Shown here: positions 1-12,290 of the stretch, piece by piece
Layout: every line of letters starts with the position of its first letter
Numbering within the stretch: the first letter of the stretch is position 1
DNA from: Narcine bancroftii
Lineage: Eukaryota
Length of the DNA: 64,000 nt
NCBI RefSeq assembly: GCF_036971445.1
Contig: NC_091474.1
Coordinates: 152,892,001-152,956,000, forward strand
Direction: 5' to 3'
Made by a program: the position numbers and the translations under genes
The notes under the pieces: model-generated
What the model saw: only the letters and a program-made list of their open reading frames with translations
What the model was told of the DNA's origin: nothing
Databases searched by the model: none

Positions 1-2209
1 CAATGGTAAAATAAACTGAAGATATTTTTTTTTAATTAGATTTCTGAAGGAATTCAAAATGCATATTTACTTGGTACTTTGTTTAGATTTAATAGCTGAT
101 GCATTTTGTGTTGAAGCAAATGAAAGGTTTTTTGCATTTGATGTTATATTAGTCATGAGAACAGAGTAATTTCTCACTTCTGCATTCAGAGGACAGAATA
201 TTCTACAGATTAGCAGCCATTTCCGAGCAATACATCATTAACCTCAGTCTTGAAAGGAAACCCCCTACCAGGCCAGTGTGAATATCTTCACTTCAGAAAC
301 CAACTAATCGAGTCGACTTTCAAAGTTCAGCTTTCAATGTAGCAGATTTATGCCAAGATGTGAGCAGTTTCTCACTTTAGACTCACAGGCATTGCAGATG
401 AAGAATTTTAAGGAAACCTATTCAAGACAAATAAGAATGGTATCACAGAGATCTTTATGCAATAAAGTTCACTTTGATGAATGTCGAAGCAGCTCATCAA
501 ATAATGTAATATGAGCAAACTCCCATATCATTAAAACAATCAAAAAACAATTCTGATTATATATTACCACCAGCTTGTACCATATATAATGTTGAGTAAA
601 TATATTTTAAACACAAACTGATTTTTTTTTAAATCACCTTTTGTGAAAGAAAATGGCTACTTTCAAAGCTATAATTTATCATTTTAATCTGTATGATTAT
701 AGCTAGTTAACATAAAAGTTTTAAAACTTTGCTATTTTTCAGAAAGCCCCATAGTTCGGCACCTGATTTACCTGCTTCTGTTTCCTGTGCTCCCTTTCAG
801 CTCTCCAAATATCTGTTGCATTCAAACACACCAGGATTTTATTTGCCATGTTCATTTTAAAATGACCTGGGCCCTGCTCCCCTCAACCCACTTAAATTCA
901 CATGTTTCACTGTAAATATTATGATACTACTGTGGACATCTGAAAAACAGACTAACTGTGTGCTGGGCATTAATGTTTAGTGTACATTAGTCTTGAAAAT
1001 CTGCCACTGACATATGTCCCAAGAATTCAAGATTATCAGAGTTTACTGAAAGGTGCATTTAAAATAGTAATAATTCTGGCCTGCTTTTAATGCTTGGGAT
1101 TATTTATAGTCCTTTATACATGTAAAAGGACATTAATTGAAGAATAAATACAGATATGATTAATAAAGACATTTCTATTGAAAATCTAGGATAAGTAATG
1201 ACGCAATGAAATTCATTAAAGTGCACTCAGCAGATGCAACAACCTGAAGTGGCCATCGAGCACAAAGGAGGCAATGAGCCATTGTAAAAATTAATTGCAG
1301 AGGATTATTCCATGGCATTTCAGTCACTCACATTTTTTTACAGGGTAGTGATGTGGAAGGTCCAGTGAAAAAGTAAGTTTTCAATTTTTAAAAATCTGCT
1401 CCTTAGTTCCCCTGGTGCTCTGCTACCTCCAGCATATCATTGACTTTTACATTATCTATGTGGGGAATCAATGGAAGGGTCAGAAAAGCATCAGGGCTGT
1501 GCTATTTGGTGAAATTAAACTCTCTATGTGCAAGTTGGGGCTACTTTTATGAAGGAATTTGGAATAGAATTCTCCACAGCCATGTGAAACATCGCAGATG
1601 CTTTATCAGAAAAATTAGTGCTGTATACTACACAATATTTCACCCATGAATGTCAATAATAAAACCACATGCAGCCCCGTAATTTAACAATAAATCAATC
1701 TCAGCAGCTAAGGCCTATCACTGGCTTTGGAGCCTCAGAATGTTCTTTCCATTAACGTTATAAGATCAGAAGCAATTTTAATAATGATAATGAAAAGTAT
1801 TCCCAATAATGATTCATTGCAGAATGGTTAAATATCTAGAATTATTCCGTGTTTTCATATTTTCATCTCCATGTGACATAGGAGGCTATTCATTCAGCTC
1901 ACATCAATCCCTTCCCCCTTTCTATTTCCTTGCAACTTATTCCTTTTTGCATGCCCATTAATTTTCTTTATTCTCCGACCATCCTCCTACACTGAATGTA
2001 ATTTGCAGATGCCAACTAACCTAACAACATGCTTTTTGGTATGTGTGAGGATACCAGAGAACCTGAAAGTCACAGGAAGAAGGTACAAAGACCTCCCATA
2101 CAGAGTTTAGAATTGAAACCTGGGTCACTGGAAGTGTGAGGCTACTGCTCTACAAGTTGCACTGCAGGGATGCATAAAAGCAATCTATTTCACACAAGGC
2201 AGTACCAGC

Positions 2210-4190
2210 TCTCAGATTTCAGATGTTTTTGTCAGAGTGCACACATGACATCACATACAACCCTGAGATTCCTTATTCCTGCTGGCTCGGCAGAATTACC
2301 AATAATTGGGGCACACAATTAGTAATCACACAATGTAATCATGTAAACAAAGAACTGTAAACAGAAAATTGATGTAAACAAACTGACTGCAATACCGAGA
2401 GAACAAAAAGAAAATTAATAAAATGCACAAGTAAGAGTTCTTAAATGAGTCTCTGATTGCCTTTGTTATATAGTCAGGATAATGTGAACTATTTTCTAAC
2501 CACGTAAGAATATACCTTTCTCACTGTAGTAACTGAAGTGCACCACTGTGTATAGAGTGAGTGTGTGAACAGTTTCCTGAGATGGTGGAAGACATCAGTA
2601 AGTCAAGTCTCTTCTGTTATTTGAATCTTGAATCTCTTAGTTATTTAAGAAGCCTCCCAAGTAACTCCAGAGACATAACATGGTGGCAGCGGTTTAAGAG
2701 AACAGGAATAAAGCCATACAATTGATTGTAAGTCACTGAAATATGAAGGGGAAGAAGAGAAAAAGATTACTGAAAAAAGAATGGCTGGAGCAACAGCAGT
2801 TCACCAAGTGATGGACTGGGAAGCTGAAGACACTGTTGGTTCATTTAAAAGGTTTCAGCAGAAGCTATTTTTAAAATGCAACAGCAGAGGAGAAGGTCAG
2901 TTATATCCTTCTCTGGACAGGGGAGTGAGGCCTTGACTTATTTAATAGCTGGAAGCTTACAGAGATGGAGAATAATGATCTGGAGCAGATATTTGCAAAG
3001 TTTGATTCTCACCTTGAACCCGCGTCTAATCATAGAATTAAATGCTATGAATTTCAAGGCTTAATGCATGAGACTGATGAAAGTGTTGATAACTTCCTCA
3101 CTAGACTAAAAATTGTTGCTGCAAATTGCAGATTTAAGGATATTGAGGAAAGATTACTTGATCAACTAAGATGGGGGAGTACCCATCCCGAAGTGCAAAA
3201 GTATCTTTAGGGAAGGATAACTTGAAGCTGGCCAAAGCCATAGAAACAGCCAGAGCCTTTGAAGTCACAAGGACACAAATGAATTCCCTATCTATGCAGA
3301 CCCACCCCGAGCAAAGAGAAAGAAGGGTTGATGCTATAAAAAAACACAATCAGAAAAGAGCAAACCTCCAAAACCTGCAGGAAGCGCAGCAGACAACACC
3401 CCTTCTATGACTGAAACAAATACCCTGCATTTGGTTCTGAATGTAGAGCCTGTGGTAAAGCGAAGATGTGCAAGTCTGGTATGAAGAAAACAGTAATACC
3501 ACTGAAGAAAGAAAAAGATCCACCACATTAAAGGAAACAACAATGAGGACTCGGACACCCAGATACTGGACATAAAATCCATACACCTTCATGAGACATC
3601 GGAGAAATGAAAGAAGGAAGTGAGTTGCACAGAAAGATCCAAGTACAGAAGACAATCCAGAACAAGCCTAACCCTAACCCTAATATTTAACCTAAAGTTG
3701 AACTATTTGGTAACTGCATAAAAATACACACCCTTCTCACTGTAGTAACTGTAATGCACCACTATGGGGAGTATGCAAACAGTTTCCTGAAATGGTGGAA
3801 GACATCAGTAAGTAAAGTCTCTTCTGTTATTTGAGTGTTGCTTCTCTAAGTTATTTAAGAAGCCTCCCAAGTAACACAGAGACATAATGGAGCTTGTCAT
3901 TGAGGAGTCTGATGGTGGAGGGTAGGCAGCTGTTCCTGAACCTGGTGTGTGAGTCTCGTGGCACCTATACCTCTTTCCTGATGGCAGCAACAAGAACAGA
4001 GCATGTGCTGGGTGGTGAGGGTCTTTGATGATTGTTGCTGTTCTCTGACACCAGAGTTCCCTGTAGATATACTCAATAGTGGAGAAGGTTTTGCCTGTGA
4101 TGACCTGGGATGTGTCCACTACCTTTTGGAGGGGTATTAATGTTTCTATACCAAACCGTGATGCAGCCACGGAGCACACTTTCCACTACA
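2210..4190 (-). mobile_element. Rex1/Babar-type LINE 3' fragment split by a Gypsy element
   Basis: ORF 3805..4179 has DPHHPAHALFLLLPSGKRYR; its 3' tail continues at 2210-2463 across the insertion. Confidence 0.8.
2464..3889 (+). mobile_element. Internally deleted Gypsy-type LTR retrotransposon (two LTRs, tRNA-Leu PBS, gag remnant)
   Basis: 5' LTR 2464-2680 (TGTTAT...ATAACA); PBS TGGTGGCAGCGGT at 2681-2693 complementary to the tRNA-Leu(AAG/TAG) 3' end; gag-like ORFs 2965..3410; diverged 3' LTR about 3698-3889. Confidence 0.88.
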
Positions 4191-4429
4191 CCTCTTTAGA
4201 AATTTGCCAGGGCTCAGCTTGTTCCAGTTACCCCAGAATTTACTCTCCCCAAAGTGTCCATTCAATTCACTTTTAAATTCAAAGATGAAATCTCTTTCCA
4301 AACCCTTCAATAGGGTGGGAAATGTAGATTATGACTATTTTCTGGATCAGAACACTTTACCTCATGTCGGAACTGGTACTTTTTTTGTCAATTGTCTTAA
4401 TTATGAGTCTTCAGGGTTCTTGGCTCCTT

Positions 4430-5230
4430 AATAAAGGATATAGACAGTAAGCAGAGTTGGGTGGAAAAGTAGCAAATGGAGTTCAATCCAGAAAAGCGTG
4501 AGTTGATGTATTTTAAAAGGTCAAAACTGGGATGGAGTACAGGGTTAATGGTCAAATACCTAATAGTGTGGAGGAACAGAGGGACCTTGGTGTCCAAATC
4601 CAGGTTGAGAAGATAGTTAAGAAGACCAAGAAGGACACTGAGCTTTATTAGTTGGGGGATTTAGTTCAAGAGTCGAGAGGTCATGTTGCAATTTGACAAG
4701 TCTCTGGTGAGACCAGAGTATGGTGTTCAGTTCTGGTCACCTCATTATAGGAAGGAAATGGAGGCTATGGAGAGGGTGCAGAGAAGATTTACCAGGATGT
4801 TGCCTGGACTGAAAAAATAAGTCTTATGAGGTAAGATCAGCAGAGCTTGAACTTTTCTTTTTGTAGTGCAGAAGGATGAGAGGAGACTTAATAGAGGTCG
4901 ACAAGATTTTGAGAGGCATGGATAGAGTGGACTGTCAATACCTTTTTCCCAGGGCAGAAATAGTGAACACCAAGAGACAGCTCTACAAAGTGAAGGGATG
5001 ATAGTTTAGAGGAGACATCAGGGGTAAGGTTTTTACACAAAGTGTTGTGGGTGCCTGGAATGCCACAATGCCTGGTGGTGGTGGAGGCTGAAACATCAGG
5101 AGCATTTAAGCAACACTTAGACAGGCAGATTGATGAAAGAAGAATAGAGGGTTATGAGGTAGGAAGGGTTTAATTTTTTTTTGGATGGAATATATAGGTT
5201 GCAATAACATCGAGGGCCAAATAGCCTATA
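4430..5230 (+). mobile_element. CR1 LINE 3' fragment
   Basis: Degenerate CR1 ORF2 C-terminus (VQFWSPHYRK...[15 protein letters not shown]). Confidence 0.8.
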
Positions 5231-5700
5231 GAACCAGAGAACACTACAACACAGAAAACAGGCCATTCGGCCCTACTAGTCCGTGCCAAAATATTATTCC
5301 ACTAGTGCCCCATTGACCTGTGCCAAATCCTTAACCCTGCAGACCTCTCCCATCCATGTACCTATCCAATTTATTCTTAAAACTTAAGAGTGAACTTAAA
5401 TCTGACATTTACCACGTCAGATGGCATCTTGTTCAACACTCCCATCACTCTGAGTGAATTTCCCCCATGTTCCCCCTAAACCTTTCCCTTTCACCCTAAA
5501 CCCATGTCCTCTCATATTCATCTTTTCTAATCTAAATGGAAAGAATCTACTCACATTTATTCTGTATATACCCCTCGTAATTTTGTAAACCTCAATCAAA
5601 TATCCCCTCATTCTTCTATGTTCCAAGGAAAAAATCCCTAACCTCTTTAATCTTTCCTTGTAACTCAACTCCTGAAGACCCAGCAACATCCTTGTAAATG
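5231..5700 (-). mobile_element. CR1 LINE 3' end
   Basis: ORF 5417..5689 LQELSYKERLKRLGIFSLEHRRMRG. Confidence 0.8.
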
Positions 5701-6124
5701 TTCTATGTTCATTAAATTATTCGTTTTTGAACAAATTCTCAAATCACCTAGACAGAAAAGGGTCGCTGCTTCTCCATTCTTTTCACAGAACTTGTATCTT
5801 TCTCTCTCAGCACCATGCTACTAAATGCTTTCTGCATTCTCTCATGGGCAATTGCACCCTTTCAGCATTAGAGACCAGAGCAGGATGAACCTGTTTTAAG
5901 TCAGGTTTTGGCATGAATCCCCTGATTTCATTCTTGGTGCTTTTATTGTTAAGCCCAGAATCCAGTAAAATTTTCTTAACCTTTTATGCCTTCAAAGATT
6001 TCTGGATACAGACATCAGGTTTATCTGTATCCAGAATTCCTTTGGATTTGTAATCTAGTAGCGGCAGCTACAAACTCTGAAACATACCACAGGACACTGA
6101 GGGGTTTCAGTTGAACTGATTTAT

Positions 6125-6610
6125 TCAAATTTTGCATGCGTGGTGGAAGCACTCTTTGGGTCCAGTGGCCTGACGCAATGGTGTGGTGGAGCTTAATCCC
6201 CAGGTGGTTTGCCAGCTGCAACTAGAGGGCAAATGTGAACTGGTGCCCCTGTCACTTGATATGTGTACTGGGACACCGAACCTAGTGATCCAGTGGGTGA
6301 GCAGAGTTCTGGCGCAGGACTTGGCGGAAGTGTCTTTTAGTGGGATGACTTCCGGCCACCTCGTCACGCGGTCGACCACAGTCAATAAGTAGCGGGTGTC
6401 CTTGGACACTGTTAGGGGACCCACGATGTTGATGTGAATGTACTTGAACCACTTGGTTGGGGGGGTCAAATTATTGTTGCACCGGAGCCTTAACATGGTG
6501 CTGGACTTTAAAGGCTTGGCACTGTGTGCAGTTTCTCGCCATCTGAGCCACTTGCTTCTTGAGGCCGTGCCACACAAAACTTTCCGCTACCATGTGCACC
6601 AAGGCCTTGA
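6125..6610 (-). mobile_element. Gypsy integrase fragment
   Basis: HINIVGPL...YLLTVVDRVTRWPEVIPL...WITRFGVPVHISSDRG (rve core). Confidence 0.88.
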
Positions 6611-6882
6611 CCAAAAGGTGAGCTTGTTTATTCCAATAACTGCTGAATTCACGGAAAAAATGGTGAAGGTGGTCAGCTTCGAATCAGCTTAATCCCTCTG
6701 TAATTGGATCTTGGTCTTTCTGACTTACAGACCCCACTCTGTTAAGTTAGGCAATCTCTTCTCTTCCATTCCCACCTTGAACAAGTCCTGTGTGCTGAGC
6801 CATCTCATGTATTCCCTTTTCACTAATGACTGTATTCCTATATATAGTTTTAATTCTATAATCAAGTTTGTAGATGACACCA

Positions 6883-7586
6883 TGATTCGGAGCCGAACAG
6901 GAGTGTGGGTATGACAACGGCTCTGTATACGCTTATCTTTGTGAGGTTTTTCAGTTGGTTGTTTTTCCAGACTCTTTTGTGTAGTCTTCCAAAGGTCCTC
7001 TACCGGCATCACCTACGGCTCCTAGAACGCTTCCACCAGCGTTGTCTCCGCTCCATCCTCAACATCCATTGGAGCGCTTTCATCCCTAACGTCGAAGTAC
7101 TCGAGATGGCAGAGGTCGACAGCATCGAGTCCACGCTGCTGAAGAACCAGCTGCGCTGGATGGGTCACGTCTCCAGAATGGAGGACCATCGCCTTCCCAA
7201 GATCGTGTTATATGGCGAGCTCTCCACTGGCCACCGTGACAGAGGTGCACCAAAGAAAAGGTACAAGGACTGCCTAAAGAAATCTCTTGGTGCCTGCCAC
7301 ATTGACCACCGCCAGTGGGCTGATATCGCCTCAAACCGTGCATCTTGGCGCCTCACAGTTTGGCGGGCAGCAACCTCCTTTGAAGAAGACCACAGAGCCC
7401 ACCTCACTGACAAAAGGCAAAGGAGGAAAAACCCAACACCCAACCCCAACCAACCAATTTTCCCCTGCAGCCGCTGCAACCGTGTTTGCCTGTCCCGCAT
7501 CGGACTTGTCAGCCACAAACGAGCCTGCAGCTGACGTGGACTTTTACCCCCTCCATAAATCTTCGTCCGTGAAGCCAAGCCAAAGA
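6883..7586 (+). mobile_element. RTE-clade LINE, 5'-truncated with 5' inversion, 11-bp TSD
   Basis: TSD AGATGACACCA (6872-6882 / 7587-7597); 6880-6996 is antisense, 6995-7586 sense; LRWMGHVSRMEDHRLPKIVLYGEL and C-terminal zinc finger. Confidence 0.93.
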
Positions 7587-7846
7587 AGATGACACCACAG
7601 TGGTTGGTCTGATCAAAGGGGATAATGAGATGGCCTATATGGATATGGTCCAGCATCTGGCCGCATGGTGTGCCGACAACTTGGCACAACAATCAGAAGG
7701 CCAAGATCATTGTGGACTTCAGGTGTGCTGGAAGCCACACTCGTGTCCCTATTTACATCAATGGTGTTGTGGTGGAACGTGTATCAAGCTTTTAAATTCC
7801 TGGTGTCCACACTTCTGATTATCTCACCTGGTCCCTGAACTCTTCC

Positions 7847-8473
7847 TGTTACATTGGTAAAATGACCATACCTCTGATATCAGAAGTCCATCATTCCTTA
7901 GGCACCGTCCAGCCTCCCCGGCCTGCCAATCAGGTGTGTGCCTGTCCACCAGTCGGAGCACACACTGTCATTGGCTGGCACTGTACATCACAGCAGAGCG
8001 GGATTTTAAACCTGAGCCCACCATTGTTCATTCTCTTTGTCATATGGTCAGGTCCTGCACTCATTCTGGGTTGTTGTCGCCACGGTGGACGCCATCCAGA
8101 GGGGAATGCATGTAAGGGGCTAGCAACCCTTAGGCCAACCAGGGTATCACTGGCAACCCAGTAGATACTGGCATTGTAGCCACGGTCTTCTGTTTACTTG
8201 GGGTTAGAGGCTGTGTTTCTCCCCTGTAGGTAGCCAGTAGGGGAACCTCATCAGGAGTCAGAACTCCCTGTCCATGGGTCATTACTCCCAGGCTAGGTGA
8301 GGTTTCGAGCACACTCCTTGTTGCTTAGTCCCTTCCTTAGGTCGGGTTTCCAAGGCTGGGTACAAGCCAGTAACGTGTGTGTTGCTTTAATAAAGCACAT
8401 GTATTGTTGCACCGCACTATGTCCAGACTCGCTTGCCTGCTGTATCCAAAATGAACCCTTTCCACACAATACA
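7847..8473 (+). mobile_element. Solo LTR
   Basis: TG...CA ends, 5-bp TSD CTTCC/CCTCC, internal AATAAA near 8389; host LINE resumes on the other side. Confidence 0.75.
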
Positions 8474-9229
8474 CCTCCATTCTGATCAAAAAGGCGTAAC
8501 ATCATCTTTATTTTCTGCAGAACATGAAGAAAGTACACCTCTGTCCAACTGATGGATTTTTACCCCACTATCATTGAGAGCATACTTACCTATGGCATCC
8601 AAGTGTGGTATGGCAATTGTCTCGATAAAGACAGTAAAGCAGTTCAGTGGGTGGTGAAAACTGCCCCATGGATTATTGGCATTCAATTGCCCACCATTGA
8701 GAACATCTATCAGGAATGCTGCCTGGGCAGGGAGAAGAGCATCAACAAGAATGCATCTCACCCTAACTATGGACTTTTTACTCTTCTCTCATCTGATGGG
8801 AGCTACAGGAACCTTCGCCCTCGAACCAGCAGGCTCGAGAAGCGTTTTCCACGAGGCTGTGACCCTGCTGAACCTTCAATCTCAGAGCTGAGTAGTACTG
8901 CACTCACATTGTACTGTCAGTAGTTTTATAATTGTTTGCTTGCTGAATGCACTTGTTTTTATTTGCATGTAGTTATTTGTATATAGCACATTGTTTAAAC
9001 TTCTGGTTGGATGCTTATTGTATTTCATTGGCTTTGTATTTTACTGGCTCAATGACAATAAAGTTGAATCTAATCTAAAGCATTTGCCATACTTTGTGGT
9101 TTTGTAAGTAACCATTTTAAAATCTTACTTCTTCTGTGAATTGAAGATATGGGAAGCCTTCTTTCAGTAGTTCACGCCAATGGTAACTTGTTTCCAAACA
9201 TGAAATCATGTTTCGTGTCCATAATGGGA

Positions 9230-11520
9230 AATCTGTTACAAACCCAAAACCGGTTAAATAGCTGAGGCAAAGTATCCCTTCCAGAGCAACTCAATGCCTT
9301 CTGCGCCTGATCTGATGACAGTAACAGCAAAGAACCACCCCTCCGCACCCCATGTTCCCTGACGATCCCATCCTGTTTGCATCTGAGGATGACGTGTGTA
9401 GTGACTTCAAGAGAGTGAATCTGAGGAAAGCATCCAGCCCAGATGGAGTGCCTGGCTGAGTTTTTAAAAATCTGTGCTGATCAACTTACCAAGGTATTCA
9501 CAGATATCTTCAATATTCTCACTCCAGCAGGACATGGTACCCATCTGTTTCAAACAAGCATCAATCAAATAGCATCAGGAAAGAGTTATAGGAGTCACAA
9601 GACTCTCACCAGCTTGTTCAGGAACAGCTGCTACTGGAATCCTCAACAACAGTCAATCAGAGACGAAAGAATCTTATTTGTGCCCAAGAAGAGTGCAGTA
9701 ACCTGCCTTAATAACTGTCGACCAGTAGCACTTACATCAGCAGTGATGGAGTGTTTTGAAAGACTGGTGCTGAACCCCATTGGCTCCTGTCTGAGCAGTG
9801 ACATGGATGCATTCCAGTTCACCTATTCTGGAAGCATGTCTATGGCAGATGCCATCTTGGTGACTCTATACATCAGGATGCTGTTTATTAACCCTCTCTT
9901 TTCTTTGGCTTGGCTTCGCGGATGAAGATTTATGGAGGGGTAATGTCCACGTCAGCTGCAGGCTCGTTTGTGGCTGACAAGTCCGATGCGGAACAGGCAG
10001 ACATGGTTGCAGTGGTTGCAAGGGAAAATTGGTTGGTTGGGGTTGGGCGTTGGGTTTTTCCTCCTTTGTCTTTTGTCAGTGAGGTGGGCTCTGCGGTCTT
10101 CTTCAAAGGAGGTTGCTGCCCGCCGAACTGTGAGGCGCCAAGATGTACGGTTTGAGGCGATATCAGCCCACTGGCGGTGGTCAATCTGGCAGGCACCAAG
10201 AGATTTCTTTAGGCAGTCCTTGTACCTCTTCTTTGGTGCACCTCTGTCTAGGTGGCCAGTGGAGAGCTTGCCATATAACACGATCTTGGGGAGGCGATGG
10301 TCCTCCATTCTGGAGACGTGACCTACCCAGCGCAGTTTGATCTTCAGCAGCGTGGATTCGATGCTGTCGGCCTCTGCCATCTCGAGTACTTCGATGTTGG
10401 AGATGAAGTCGCTCCAATGAATGTTGAGGATGGAGCGGAGACAATGCTGGTGGAAGCGTTCTAGGAGCCGTAGGTGATGCCGGTAGAGAACCCATGATTC
10501 GGAGCCGAACAGGAGTGTGGGTATGACAATGGCTCTGTATATGCTAATCTTTGTGAGGTTTTTCAGTTGTTTGTTTTTCCAGACTCTTTTGTGTAGTCTT
10601 CCAAAGGCACTATTTGCTTTGGCGAGTCTGTTGTCTATCTCGTTGTCGATCCTTGCATCCGATGAAATGGTGCAGCGGAGATAGGTAAACTGGTTGACGG
10701 TTTTGAGTTTTGTTTGCCCGATGGAGATGTGCCAGCAAATACCATTTTACAGATTTACTGATGATACCATAGTCGTGGGCTGTATAAAAAGGGGAAATGA
10801 GTCCGCATTCATGAGGGAGATTGTAAACTTGGCTGAATGGTGTACGAACAAACACATCGCCCAAGGTCACCAAAACTGAGTAGATCATTGCAGATTTTAG
10901 GAAGGGAAAACCAGAGGTGTATGATCCAGTGATCATTGGAGGATCAGAGGTGGAGAGGATGAGCAAATTTAAATTCCTGGGAGTCACTATCTTGGAGGAC
11001 CTTTACTGGACCAAACACACTAATGGCGTCATGAAGAAAGCACATCAGTGCTTCTACTACTTCAGGAGTTTGTGGAGATTTAGTTTGATATCAAAAACTC
11101 TGGCAAATTTCTACAGACATGTGGTAGAAATTGGGCTGATTAGGACACCAATAACCCTGGAGGTAAAGCCCTGCAAAAGGTAGTGAATACAGCCCTGGAC
11201 ATCACAAGCAAACCACTCTCTATCATCGAGAACTTCTACAGGAAATGCTGCCGTCGTAGAGCAGCAGCAATCATCAAGGATCCATATCACCCAGCACACG
11301 TTCTGTTTTCAATGCTCCCATCAGGAAAGAGGTATAGGTGCCACAAGACTCATACCATGAGGTTCAGGAACAGTTGCTACCCATTCACCATCAGATTTCT
11401 AAACAACAGGCTCAATCAGAGAGGGATTCATTTAAGGATTCTTACTTTGCACATTATTTATACTGATTTTTTTTCTCTATTGCACAGTCAGTTTGTTTAC
11501 ATTTATTTTGTTGTTTACAT
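9230..11520 (+). mobile_element. Rex1/Babar LINE RT fragment interrupted by an RTE
   Basis: ORFs 9443..9925 (CRPVALTSAVMECFERLV), 10917..11183 and 11183..11524 (PSGKRYRCHKTHTMRFRNSCYP). Confidence 0.85.
9895..10731 (-). mobile_element. RTE-clade LINE 3' fragment
   Basis: ORF 9952..10380 nearly identical to the copies at 7.0 kb and 57.4 kb. Confidence 0.92.
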
Positions 11521-11524
11521 TTAG

Positions 11525-12290
11525 AACATAGAGGACTATTATCTAAATGGTATCTGTTTAGGAAAAGGGGAGATGCAGAGAGACTTGGGCGTTGCTGTGC
11601 ATCGGTCATTGAAAGTGGGCATGCAGGTGCAGTAGGTGGTGAGGAAGGCGAATGGTATAATTGGTGTTCATAGCAAGAGGATTTAAGTTCAGGAGTACAG
11701 AGATCCTGCTGCAGTGGTATAGGGCCTTGATGAGACTATATCTGGAGTACTGTGTGCGGTTTCGGCCTTCTTATCAGAGGTAGGACATCTCACCATGGAG
11801 GGAGTGCAGAGAAGGTTCACTAGACTGATATCAGGGATTGAAGGACTTGCATATAAAGAAAGGTTGGATAGACTAGGCTTGTATTCTATGGAATTTAAAA
11901 GATTGAGGGGGGATCTTATAGAAACATATAAAATTCTTAAGGGTTTAGACAGACTAGACGCAGGAAGGTTGTTTCCAATGCTGGTAAAAACTAGAACCAG
12001 GGGTCACAGTTTAAGGATAAAGGGGAAGTTTTTTTAGGACTGAGATGAGTAAAAATTTCTTCTCTCAGAGGGTGGTGGATATGTGGAATTCTTTGCCACA
12101 GGAAGTAGCTGAGGTCAGTTCCTTGTCAATATTTAAGAGTAGGATAGATTTGACCCTTGTGGCTAAGGGGATCTGGGGATACGGGGATGAGGCAGTAACC
12201 GGGTACTGATCAGCCATGGTCATATTGAATGGCAGTTTAGGCTTGAAGGGCCAAATGGCCTACTCCTACACCTATTTTCTATGTTTCTAG
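11525..12290 (+). mobile_element. CR1 LINE 3' fragment
   Basis: ORF 11795..12037 [31 protein letters not shown]. Confidence 0.85.

Larger units (their letters stand above)
6710..9080 (+). mobile_element. Rex1/Babar LINE RT/3' fragment carrying two nested insertions
   Basis: IIKFVDDT at about 6860 resumes as T-VVGLIKGDNE at about 7597; ORF 8552..8923; AT-rich tail to about 9080. Confidence 0.8.

Noticed and set aside
190-466. Plus-strand terminal exon candidate (DRIFYRLAAISEQYIINLSLERKPPTRPV*, AATAAA at 461) as the ADGRF5 3' end
   Set aside because: No recognisable similarity to ADGRF C-termini; splice and polyA signals alone are too common.
7165-7692. Antisense ORFs over RTE copies (also 9968..10321 and 57510..57815)
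   Set aside because: Shadow frames of the same young LINE, repeated in each copy.
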